From: an uncultured Nitrososphaeraceae archaeon
Lineage (GTDB): Archaea; Thermoproteota; Nitrososphaeria; Nitrososphaerales; Nitrososphaeraceae
DNA: 64,000 nucleotides
Assembly: GCA_963729045.1 (NCBI GenBank)
Contig: CAVSMN010000020.1
Location: forward strand, 96,001-160,000
Direction: 5' to 3'
Below the pieces are notes generated by a model. That model was not told the origin of the DNA, ran no database searches, and saw only the letters and a program-made list of their open reading frames with translations. This document shows, piece after piece, positions 22,262-32,927 of the stretch (positions are counted from its first letter, which is position 1; the number at the start of each line of letters is the position of its first letter). The position numbers and the translations under genes are program-made.

Positions 22262-22504
22262 ATAAATTATTTTATTTAGTACATAATAAAAATAGAGAAG
22301 AAACTAATTTGTATATACTCATAGATCGTAATAACAGTATGTTAACGTTAAAGAAATAATAGGCATCACGAGAATATGATCAATTTCACGATGAATCATA
22401 CTGTTTTCTTTTGCTTTATGGTTATAAATATAGAATTTTCTAGGGTTGAGAATACTAAAAAATGAATAACTATTATTGCTTGATTGAAGAATAGTTGTAT
22501 CTGG

Positions 22505-22918
22505 TCATTTGTTAATAATATTTAGAATATTACCATCGGGATCTTTAAACCATGCTACTTTCATGTCACCATCAAAATGAATATCATCTTTTAATGTCGT
22601 ATTAGGCATGTCATAATGTTCAAACTGTACACCTTTAGATTTAAGTTCCTTTACCAAGGCATCCATATCCTCACCCACTATCCAAGTTGCGCTAGTAGCT
22701 TTATTAGTTCCAGCGTATTGTGATTGATATACTATGATGGCAGAGTTACCACATCTATAAACCACTACTTCCTCTCCAACAGAGTCTATTTCCTCCAGTC
22801 CCAAAATATTTTCATAAAACTTTCTCGAAATTTCCAGATTCTTAACGGCTATATTTGCTAGTGCACTCTTATTACTCAACATAATAAATCCCCCATCGTG
22901 AATTAGACATGTCAACAT
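22505..22918 (-). CDS. VOC/glyoxalase-bleomycin resistance family protein
   Basis: IAVKNLEISRKFYENILGL…KVAWFKDPDGNILNI. Likely start ATG 22882. Confidence 0.9.
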   Translation of the reverse strand: MLTCLIHDGGFIMLSNKSALANIAVKNLEISRKFYENILGLEEIDSVGEEVVVYRCGNSAIIVYQSQYAGTNKATSATWIVGEDMDALVKELKSKGVQFEHYDMPNTTLKDDIHFDGDMKVAWFKDPDGNILNIINK

Positions 22919-23093
22919 TTCTATGAAAACATAGGTTCAAAAAAAAGTCAGGTAGTAGTTGTAGTTTTTGAGCAGGGATCAATTGTTTCATAGGTGAATA
23001 TGCTCTACATGTTATAAAAATGGGTAGGGGAGTGAAAGTATAGTTAGTTATTTTGGTAAGAGTTGCTTGAGAAATCCAAGTGGATCCATATTT

Positions 23094-24853
23094 TCAATTA
23101 TCCTCATCTTCTTCATCTGACTCTTCATCCAGGGAATCCTCTGATGTAGATGAAGATGTATCTGGTCCATTCACTATTACTTCGCCAACCATAGTGGGAT
23201 GATATATACAATAATAATCGAATTCTCCAGGACTGTCAAATGTCAGACTATAAGACTGATTTGGAATTATAGCATCAGAATCAAATAGATTGCCCTCATC
23301 CAAGTCACCATCCTGCCCAGAGGTTACCGTATGAGATATGGTATCTCCATTAAACCACGTTACTGTTTGTCCAGATTCAATCTCGATTGGTTCTGGCGAA
23401 TAGGAATCATCACCATCTATTCCCAAAATAACTGCCGAAACGGACTTGGATGCTAAAGTACCATTTTGAGGAGTGGAGCTTGGAGGGGAGCTTGGAGGTG
23501 GAGCTTGGCTGAGATTTTGGAACAATGCTATCAGATATAGGTAATATTCTATAAATTGATCCCGTGTAGCTTAAAATATACAAGTAACCATCTGGACCTA
23601 CCTGAATATCGGTTATTCCCCCGAAACCTTGTCCAAAGATCAGAGGTTGATTTTCTTTAGGCTCATCTACTTCATTATCTTCCAATAATTCCGTATTACC
23701 AACATAAGTATCATTTATAAAAATAGCGTCTCGTTCTTCGTTCAGTGTAAATCTATACAACAAGCCATTATTGATATCACCTACAAACATATTGTTTGCA
23801 AATTGATCTCCAAGTCTATGTGAATTTAAGAATTTAAGGGCTGTTACACCTATTGTCGTATCCCACACAAACTTTGGATCAGCATATTGGCCTTTTCCAA
23901 AATATACCAAATCTGCTTCTGTTGTACCATGTTCTAGTAAATCCTTGTCTACATAGCCCTGGACTTGAAACCAACCACTATTAAAACCAGGAAAAACAAG
24001 ATTAATTTCATCGCCTGCTACTGGTCCATTTTCTGTATCCCATAAGTTCCCTGTCAATGGATCGAAATCTATACCAAAACTATTTCGAATACCCATTGCA
24101 TAATATACATTAAGAGGCAACCCTTCACCAAATATTGGATCGCCGGGATCTACTATACCACCGTCTTGAGTGATTCGAAGTACGCCTCCTAGACCATTCG
24201 GGGCCGGCCCATCTATTATATTTTGGGCCTGGGTTCTGTGGCCCCCAACTTCCCCTATCAAATAGTAGACATTATTATCAGGACCAATTCGAATTTTACC
24301 ACCATTGTGCTCACCCCTACCATTTATTGGAATTGCGGTTAAATCCAATAATAACACTGGATTTATCAATCTACCATCAACAAATTCATAACGATATAAT
24401 CGATTTCCTAATGGATCAACAAGAGCATCAACATCACTGCCATCTACACCATTGCCTGATTCAGTATAAGATAGAAAAACATAAGTTTTTCCGTCAGGTT
24501 GTTTTGAAACAGCTATTCCTAGCAAGCCGCGTTCTATTGCACTTGCTACTGGTACATCAAGTACAGGTTGAGGCAACACAAAACCGTTTGTAACTCGCAT
24601 CACTTTACCCGTAGTTTTCTCAGTGACTAGAATATCATTAGGACCCAGAAACGCCATACTGGTAGGAAAATCCAAACCATCGGCTGATTTTTTCAACCGT
24701 AAGGGTATCATCGTTAACTGTGGGTCCAGCTGGGGATAAAGGGGCTTTAGCATAAGCCCCATAAGAAACCTGAACAAATGAAGAAGTAATGGTGGAAAGT
24801 AAAATCAGAGATATAGCGAAAAAAGAAATCAATAGTTTTGGTCTATAAAACAT
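23094..24853 (-). CDS. Secreted PQQ-dependent sugar dehydrogenase (GSDH/Asd family) fused to a C-terminal plastocyanin-like cupredoxin; two frameshifts
   Basis: Signal peptide (24638-24853 ORF); FPTSMAF, ERGLLGIA, HNGG, GIRNSFG, TENGP…DEIN, GFGGITD; cupredoxin HTVT…YYCIYHPTM. Confidence 0.85.
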
Positions 24854-25179
24854 AGGTAAGTCTAATAATATAGAGAAATATTATAATTTAATTAAGGTTT
24901 CGTAATAATCCATCAAGGTTCATACCTATAGTTATTTCAACAAACCATACAAAACACTAATATTATGAGCAATTTTGAATTCTTAAGAATATAATGGAAT
25001 AGTAGTGAAATTCAAAGATTTATCCAATGGAAATAGGGGTCTATCCAACACATAACAATGAGTAAAAGTATCTTAGCTCCTCTCCTGTCCCTACAAGTAT
25101 ATCCTTATTTCGATATTCGGATAACCTCAATGTCCCAGTAAAAATTTTGAAAGGTATCAGATAAGAATCAAATACTAGA

Positions 25180-26174
25180 TTAGTCTTGACTCAAATAATA
25201 GATCTCATTCTTGGTCGAAACAGTTAATCCAGTATGTGGACCACCTCCTATTGCATATATCTTATCATCATATGAAGCGACACCTAATCCGTGTCGAGCA
25301 GTGGGCATAGGCAATTCTTCACTCCAAGTATCAGTAGCCGGATCATAACGTTCATTATTATTAAACGTTCCTTGATTTTGCTCACCTCCCAATACATAAA
25401 TTGATCCATTTACTGATGTGGCCGCAATACCACTCCTTTTTGACGGCATGGGTTCGAGATCAGTAGTCCATTGATCCAAAACAGGATCATATTTCTCGTT
25501 TACATCTACGTTTACTAAAGAACCAGTAAGTCTACCCCCCATCACATAAATATTTCCATCAACTACTGCAGAAGCAGCATTATGCCGAGCAGTTGGCATA
25601 GGGGCAAGTAAGGTCCATTGTTCAGTTAGTTGGTCGTACCCCTCAACATTACGAGAGAATGATCGTAACTATCCCCTCCAATTACATACAATATTCCATT
25701 AACGAAGTTTGCATTTGGCGAACCTCTGGTGTAGGCATAGGATTACCAAAAGTCCAATTGTTGGTAGCAGGATCATAAATTAACAGGTTGTTACTAGGGA
25801 TCCAATTCCCTGTATATCCCCCAACCAAATAAATCTTACCCCCATAGAGGGCTGCAGAAGCATGGTGAAGAGGTAAAGGTAACGACTTTATGTTTTGAAC
25901 CCAGGTATTATCAGTGGAATTGTACATTTCGACAATGTCTGTAATTTTACCGTCTAAAGTAAAACCACCTATCACATAAACTGCCTCTTCCAAATTAGCC
26001 GCTATTACCTCGGTTCTTGGATTTGGTAAAGCTGCACCCTCCATCCAAATAGATTCTACAGAGGGAGCCGGTGCTGCGAAAGAGGCATTGAATATACAAA
26101 ACCAAAAAAACTGCGACAAAAAAGATCGACAAGATATAAACAGAACGTAGAATAGGTGTAAGAAAAAGTTTCAT
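25180..26174 (-). CDS. Secreted Kelch-repeat protein; two frameshifts
   Basis: Repeated YVIGG…YDP…W…PMPTAR Kelch blades across ORFs 25682-26119 and 25180-25599; signal-peptide-like start MKLFLTPIL at 26174. Confidence 0.85.
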
Positions 26175-26785
26175 ATCCGTAGTTTAACCATAATAAATAT
26201 AAGATTGACGGTAATCCTCAAATATGATAACATCCTGATTTGTGACAATAAGGAGTTTGTAGAAATATAGATATCAATAGACCAATTCGACAGTATTTCG
26301 TCAACTACAATAACAATTAGGCAATTCGTCTCAATTTGTTCAATCATTTTCCTAATGACGGATACTAAAAGGTAATACTCAGTGATACATTATCAGCACT
26401 GAATTCTGAATTTACTACCAAGGTAAAGAGATCTATGCTCCAGAGTATATCATTTAATCTTTATCATAGAACAGTCAAGCATTTAATACCACTATTTGCA
26501 ATTACCATGATCACTTGGATAAATATGGATAAAGTAACAAATAAGTAAACAAAGGATATTGAAGTTAACCAAGGTAAGTGAACTAAATATGGTTATAATA
26601 ATTAGATTAGAATTCTCATCCCTATTTGGATTAGGATTGATCTGGAAGTCTAAAGAACATCTAAATCATTTTGAAGGACTAATCCCAATAGTAAAAGTTA
26701 AATATTTGAACCCCAAGGAAACGTGGAATGAATTTTTAGAATATATCATATTATTAAATATTTATATACATACGCCTTAGGATAA

Positions 26786-28004
26786 ATGAGGTTAGATTTT
26801 CCACCTAAATATACTGAAACTATAGGTGCTGTAAAGATTCACTCACTTCAAAAAATATATGAAATAGATTCCGGGTATAATTTTGGTACCACTTCGCAGG
26901 AACTTTAACAGGTCGACCATAGCATTTGACAGTAACACATTATCAAAGATATTTCAAGCCATGGCAGTAGTGATTCCAGTTAAGGATGAAAAATTGAGTC
27001 TTTTGGAAGGTGTTTTAAGCGGTATTCCTAACGAATGTCTAATAATCATAGTATCAAACAGTCAAAGACATCCCGTTGATAGATATGCTATGGAAGTAGA
27101 AATGGTTAAGCAGTATTCTCTGTTTTCAAATAAAAGGATTATCACAATACATCAAACGGATCCCAACCTTAGTAGAATTTTCCACAAGATTAATTACCCT
27201 TCAATTTTGGATCACAATAACCAAGTTCGTCAAGGCAAAGCAGAAGGAATGATAATTGGGATTTTGTTATCCAAATTGCTTAAGAAAGAGTATGTAGGGT
27301 TTGTAGACAGTGACAATTATTTTCCCGGAGCAGTAAATGAGTACATCAAGATTTTTGCATCGGGTTTTGCTATGTCGAATTCTCCTTTGTGTAATGTAAG
27401 AATATGCTGGCATTCTAAACCAAAAATAGCAAACAACAAAGTATATTTTCCGAAATGGGGAAGAATATCTGAACACAGTAACAAATACCTAAATGACTTG
27501 ATCTCATATATTACCGGATATGAGAGAGATATTATTACTACAGGAAATGCTGGAGAACACTCACTTTCTATGTCGCTTGCAGAAAACTTAGAATTCTCTA
27601 GTGGATATTCAGTAGAACCATATGAACTAATTAATATTTTAGAAAAATATGGAGGCATTATTTCCAATAAATCATTTGACATCGGACAGCATGGCGTAGA
27701 AATATTTCAGGTTGAAACAAGAAACCCCCACTTCCATGAAAATAAAGGAAATGAACATATTCAAGGAATGCTTCAAGAGTCCCTTAATGTAATTAATAAT
27801 AGTAAAATTTGCAATACTGAAATTACTACAGATATAAAAAATCATTTACTCATGTTACAGCAAAAAGATAGTCTTAGTAATATCAAATCAAATAATCAAA
27901 TTATCTTGATGGATCCGATTAAGACTATTGAGATAGATAAATTTCATGATCTTGTTGTAGATAGTCCGAGGTTATTACAACAATTTAACATTGATGAAAA
28001 ATAG
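26786..28004 (+). CDS. mpgS: Mannosyl-3-phosphoglycerate synthase (GT55); frameshift near 26905
   Basis: N-terminus MRLDFPPKYTETIGAVKIHSLQKIYEIDSG at 26786; LLEGVLSGIP, GKAEGM, GFVDSDNYFPG, WGRISE, GNAGEH, GYSVEP, ETRNPHFHE. Confidence 0.9.
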
Positions 28005-28203
28005 GACGGTCTAATTATATCAGGTAATTCAGTTCTAAACTTTAATAGGAAATAACCAATTCATGGTTTAGAATAACCATAAGATTCATTTCTCATTTTA
28101 GTTTTCTGGTATCGCAGTGAATTTGCTTGACTATTGACATTATTTATGTATTTATGGACAGGCACTAGTGATCACAATTCCCTCAATTGTACATGGCTAA
28201 GAA

Positions 28204-28789
28204 GTAAGGAACGGTTTTGGGCTTGCCATTGATCCAATATCAAACAAACTTTGGATACGGAAAATGGTACAGGTTATGGGATGAAATCAATTTGGTTGAG
28301 CCAGGGTTCAATAGCGGTTGGTTAAGATTTACAAGGCTGGTGGCCTGTTGAGAATGCACAACGCTACTCCCTGAGAGAGGTTATTTTGAAGACAAGATGG
28401 TAACAATACCGAATAACTTAAGAGACGTTTGCTAGATAAAGGAAAATACAGTAGTCAAGAATTTACTTGGAATATGTCTGTAGGAGTAACTGCTCTAGAA
28501 TTTCTTAAAAATGATACGTTAGGGAATCAATATCAAAATGACATGTTCGCTGCTGATTATAATAATGATTACTTGTATGATTTTGATCTAACTGAAGACA
28601 GAACACGCCTGGATCTAAATGGGAATCTAGCAGATAAAGTAGCTAACAATAACCAAGAACTTGATGATATCGTATTTGGACAAGGATTTGGTATTGCCAC
28701 TGACATTAAGGAAGGACTCAGACGGATATCTTTATGTTCTTTCTCATATACATGGCAATCTCTATAGAATAGTTCCTAATTCAGATTAA
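28204..28789 (+). pseudogene. 5'-truncated, multiply frameshifted GSDH-family dehydrogenase remnant
   Basis: Fragments VRNGFGLAIDP, DTENG, DEINLVEPGFNSGW, VGVTALEFL, FGQGFGIATDIK parallel the 23.4-24.8 kb protein. N-terminal half is absent. Confidence 0.75.
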
Positions 28790-29163
28790 GATCTAATCTT
28801 TTTTCTTGATTCATGAGGTTTTGAAATCGAATTAATACACTTTTTTTATTTATTCTTTAATAAATCATAAAAATCACCAATCAAAACAACAAATTAGCAA
28901 AATTAGTCAAGATTTCTCAATCATGAAAAGATAATCAATCACAAATAATATATCCAAAAAAAGATGATCAAAAAATAAAGATCATTTAATAATAATTAGG
29001 AATCCATTACTAAAACATATCATAGTAAAAGTGAAAATTACAGAATCAAATTTTAAATGGAAACCAAATTTTGAATCTAACAAACCTATCCTTATATTAG
29101 AAAACAATCGCATGTATTATATAGTATTTTAATAAACTAAGGGTGTGAGATGAGGGATTACCA

Positions 29164-30392
29164 ATGACAATGCTAAATGTAAGTGATACCATACCAAAAA
29201 CCACAGAATATAAAAAATTTGTATCCATCATTATACCTACTTTTAACGAATCTAGGAATATTAAGAATTACTTAATCAAATTCAATCAAATATACCTTCA
29301 GGAACGAATGTAGAAATCATAATAGTAGACGATAACTCTCCTGACGGGACTGGTCTAATAGTCGAAAAATATATTGAATCTAACATGGGCACTTTACCTA
29401 GAGACAAATCAGTACAAGACATCTCAATTAAGGTAGTTCATAGAAAAGAAAAGACGGGCTTGATCTCGGCCCTTGTGAACGGAATCAGTACAAGTGAGGG
29501 ACAAAATGTCCTAATCATGGACGCAGATTTTTCACATCCTCCAGAGGTAATAAATAGAATGATATCAGAGTTAAAGAAGGAACCTAATTGCATCATCATT
29601 GGTTCTAGATATATTACAGGTGGGGCTATCAAGGGGATGCCCTTTAAGAGATTCTTGCTTAGTGCTGGAGCAAATTTTATTGCTAGACATGGATTGTGTT
29701 TAAAAAACATTTATGATCCGATGTCAGGCTTTTTTGCCTTTCCAAAGCATACACTTCACGACATAGAATTTAATACTGACGGGTTTAAGATACTGTTAGA
29801 AATTTTAATAAAGAAAAAAAACACTATCAAGGTAAAAGAGATACCCTATACCTTTAAGGATCGAAAATACGGACAGAGTAAACTTAGCTTTCCAATAATT
29901 TTAGATTATATTAAGGCAGTTTGGAAACTCTATCGATATGGAAGGAAATCTAAGAAACAAAACACTCAATTAGAAAAGAGAAAATCGGTTCGATTTATTT
30001 CAAAGGCGGCCAGGTTCTATACGGTAGGAGTTAGCGGCTTTGTTTTGAATTATTTGGTATCAATTCTTTTATCAAATGGAATCTTGGGAAGCTTTGGATA
30101 TTTACAAGCCACTGCAGTAGGGATAGCAGTTTCAGTAACCACAAATTTCTTATTAAACAAATTCTGGACTTTTGAAGACAAAAATGTCAATTTGACCCGA
30201 TTTATTAGACAATACGGAATGTTCGTTGGATGTAGTTCATTAGGCATCCTAATACAGTTTTTGTCAATTTATATGCTTAGAGAATCAGGTGTTCCATATG
30301 ATGTTTCACTCTTAATAGGAGTCACAATAGCATCAGTTAGCAATTTCTTATTTAATAAAAAATGGACTTTCAAGGAAAATATATGGGAATAA
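29164..30392 (+). CDS. Polyprenol/dolichol-phosphate mannosyltransferase (GT2) with C-terminal GtrA domain; frameshift near 29275
   Basis: VSIIIPTFNE, EIIIVDDNSPDGT upstream of the track ORF; MDADFSHPP, GSRY, DPMSGFF; GtrA NFLLNKFWTF…NFLFNKKWTF. Confidence 0.9.
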
Positions 30393-30423
30393 CAAATTGT
30401 GTAACTGAATCCATTTAGTTTCT

Positions 30424-30575
30424 AAAGTGTAATCGAACTGAGTTGATACCTGTATAATTTTAATTCAATAAGTGTTGGACTACAAATTATCTCTTCCATA
30501 AAGGTAATCAAACTGAGTTGATATCTATATAATCTTATTTCAACAGGTGTTCAACTACAAAGTTATCTTTTAGTG
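30424..30575. repeat. Two imperfect ~75-bp tandem direct repeats
   Basis: gtaatc(g/a)aactgagttgata…ctacaaa…ttatct at 30429 and again at 30504. Confidence 0.8.
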
Positions 30576-30770
30576 AAAGGTTTGACACGAAATCTATATC
30601 AGAGAAGGTATGAATCATATACTAACAAAGATTCTAAAATAAAATAACGAAGAATCAAAAAAATCTCCCCATGATAGGACAACCCAAAGATGTCTAGTAC
30701 AAAGTTTCTGCCATATAACCATTAATAACTATATTAATTAATAAGCAAATATGAGAGGTATAGATAATTA

Positions 30771-31721
30771 ATGAATTCTATGTCTTCATCATTATCAGGT
30801 AGTAGTGAAACTGCGACCACAACTCCGATTACGACAAAAATTATCACTATTGCAGACTTAAATAACTTAAAAAAAGACCGAACAATTCTTATTGCTGGAT
30901 TTCCAGGGCCTGGACTAGTCGGTTCAATTAGTACAAGCTATATAATTGACAAATTAGAAATGTATCAGATTGCATTTGTAGAATCCCATTATATATCTCC
31001 CGGAGTAATATTTATTGATGGTAAGTTAAGGCATCCATTTAGGCTATATGCAAACAAAGAAGGAAATGTTTGCGTTTTGGTATGCGAAGCGCCTATAATG
31101 ATGGATGGTATACATTTTGTTCTAGATGCAGTAATGGATTGGGCGATGAAAAATTCAATAGAAGAAGTGATGGTTTTAGATGGAATTCCTGTTCAAGGCA
31201 TACCTGATTCTGATAGAAAAACAGTGATTTTGGCAAGCGAGAATATGGAACAGAATACAAATAAAGAAATTGAAGATACAGATAATGAAGTAAAAAAAGA
31301 CAAGGGAAGTGAAACCGAATATGCCTTGGATGATGGATCTAACCCGCAAAGTAATTTCAATCGAAAAGCGATTGAAGATTCAACTAAGAAGTATACTACA
31401 TTCATAGGAGGTATTGCAGGCGGATTGTTGTCTGCTTGTTTATCTAATCAAATTCCATGCGCTGCAATTCTCATTCCATCTTCGAGCGGAATTCCTGATC
31501 CTGAAGGCGCCTCCCTATTGATTGAATCCTTTAATAATTTCATAAAAGACAATAAACTAAAGATTGAGACAAGTCAATTGAGAGAACAAGGACAAAAATT
31601 GAAGAAACAATTAGAACAAATTATCAAAGCTGAACAGGAACAGCGTGCTGCTGGAGTAGGAGGAGGAGGAGGAGGACCAGAAGATGGGAACGTTCCAAGT
31701 CATCGATTGATGTATGGGTAA
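30771..31721 (+). CDS. PAC2-family proteasome assembly chaperone/activator (PbaB-like) with C-terminal HbYX
   Basis: IAGFPGPGLVGSI, HPFRLY, GGIAGGLLS, IPDPEGA; ends …RLMYG. Confidence 0.88.
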   Translation: MNSMSSSLSGSSETATTTPITTKIITIADLNNLKKDRTILIAGFPGPGLVGSISTSYIIDKLEMYQIAFVESHYISPGVIFIDGKLRHPFRLYANKEGNVCVLVCEAPIMMDGIHFVLDAVMDWAMKNSIEEVMVLDGIPVQGIPDSDRKTVILASENMEQNTNKEIEDTDNEVKKDKGSETEYALDDGSNPQSNFNRKAIEDSTKKYTTFIGGIAGGLLSACLSNQIPCAAILIPSSSGIPDPEGASLLIESFNNFIKDNKLKIETSQLREQGQKLKKQLEQIIKAEQEQRAAGVGGGGGGPEDGNVPSHRLMYG

Positions 31722-32118
31722 AGATTAAATCTTTTTCATAGAAATACAACATATATTTGAACACCTTGACTAAGCATATCAGAATTATCTTATCTACCCA
31801 CAATTATCAAATTATTCCAGAATGATATGATCCACCAGAGACAAAGAAATAATCTCGAGATGTCGGATGATTAGATATTTGAAATCACAATGGCAAATAA
31901 CAAGATTTCCTTAATTGTTTGATTGTTTGATTGTCTAATAAATATAGATATTAAATATTAGTATTACAACTAGATTCATACTAAGGAAATATTTTCCATT
32001 AAAATAGCAGAAATTTAACAATAATTGGAATAAAACTAGACCAATTGAACTTCAAAAAATACATAATTGAATAATGAAAGATTTTTAGATTGAGAAATAT
32101 TATCAATAGTCCATCAGA

Positions 32119-32847
32119 TTGACTATAGAAATATCAAATGTAATAACGGTCATTGCAATTACTGCGTTTGCAGGATGTACATCCTTTGTAGGTGCTCTGA
32201 TATCTCACAAGGTACAACTTTCAGAATCAAAAATACTAACATTAACTGCATTTGGTGCTGGATTACTCATGTCTGCAGCGATTTTTCAAATGGTTTTAGA
32301 AGCAGAAAAAGATATAGGATTGGTTTTAACCATGATTGCATTTGCTTTGGGAGCAGTAATATTCACTGTTGCAGATTATATTGCTGAAAAGAAGGGTGGG
32401 GGTGCAGGCATATTACTAGGAATAGGATTAGATTCGATTCCTGAGTCTCTAGCAATTGGTGCATCGATAGCCGCATCAGCAGCAGGACCAATAACTGCTT
32501 TAGCTGTTATCATAGGGATACAAAATATTCCTGAAGGAATTGCATCATATAAAGAAATGATGACAGGAAAGACCGCTTTTAATAATAATCCAAAGAAAGC
32601 GTTAGGTGCGATTGGCATAGTATCCATAATACCCATAATCTTAGGACTTGTAGGCCTATTCTATCTTCAGGGGATGCAATTTATTATATCCATAATTCTT
32701 GCTCTATCGGCAGGTGGTATATTTTACATGCTATATTATGATATGATACCAAAGGCACATAAAGAACGGAAATGGATACCAACATTTGGTGCCATATTGG
32801 GGTTCATACTAGGTTTCATAATCATAAGGATTTCTGGTGGACAATAA
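32119..32847 (+). CDS. ZIP-family (ZupT/GufA-like) divalent metal transporter
   Basis: Multiple TM helices; AFGAGLLM, DSIPESLAIG, QNIPEG, ALSAGGIFY…DMIPKAH. Confidence 0.82.
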   Translation: MTIEISNVITVIAITAFAGCTSFVGALISHKVQLSESKILTLTAFGAGLLMSAAIFQMVLEAEKDIGLVLTMIAFALGAVIFTVADYIAEKKGGGAGILLGIGLDSIPESLAIGASIAASAAGPITALAVIIGIQNIPEGIASYKEMMTGKTAFNNNPKKALGAIGIVSIIPIILGLVGLFYLQGMQFIISIILALSAGGIFYMLYYDMIPKAHKERKWIPTFGAILGFILGFIIIRISGGQ

Positions 32848-32927
32848 TCATGATCATCCAAGTGTTTCACCTTTGTAGTATGATTACCCATTAGGACCAA
32901 GGTTTTGTCAATATACCATATCAATAG

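Noticed and set aside
30424..30575. Mini-CRISPR
   Set aside because: Similarity spans the whole 75-bp unit, so there is no repeat/spacer alternation; only two copies.
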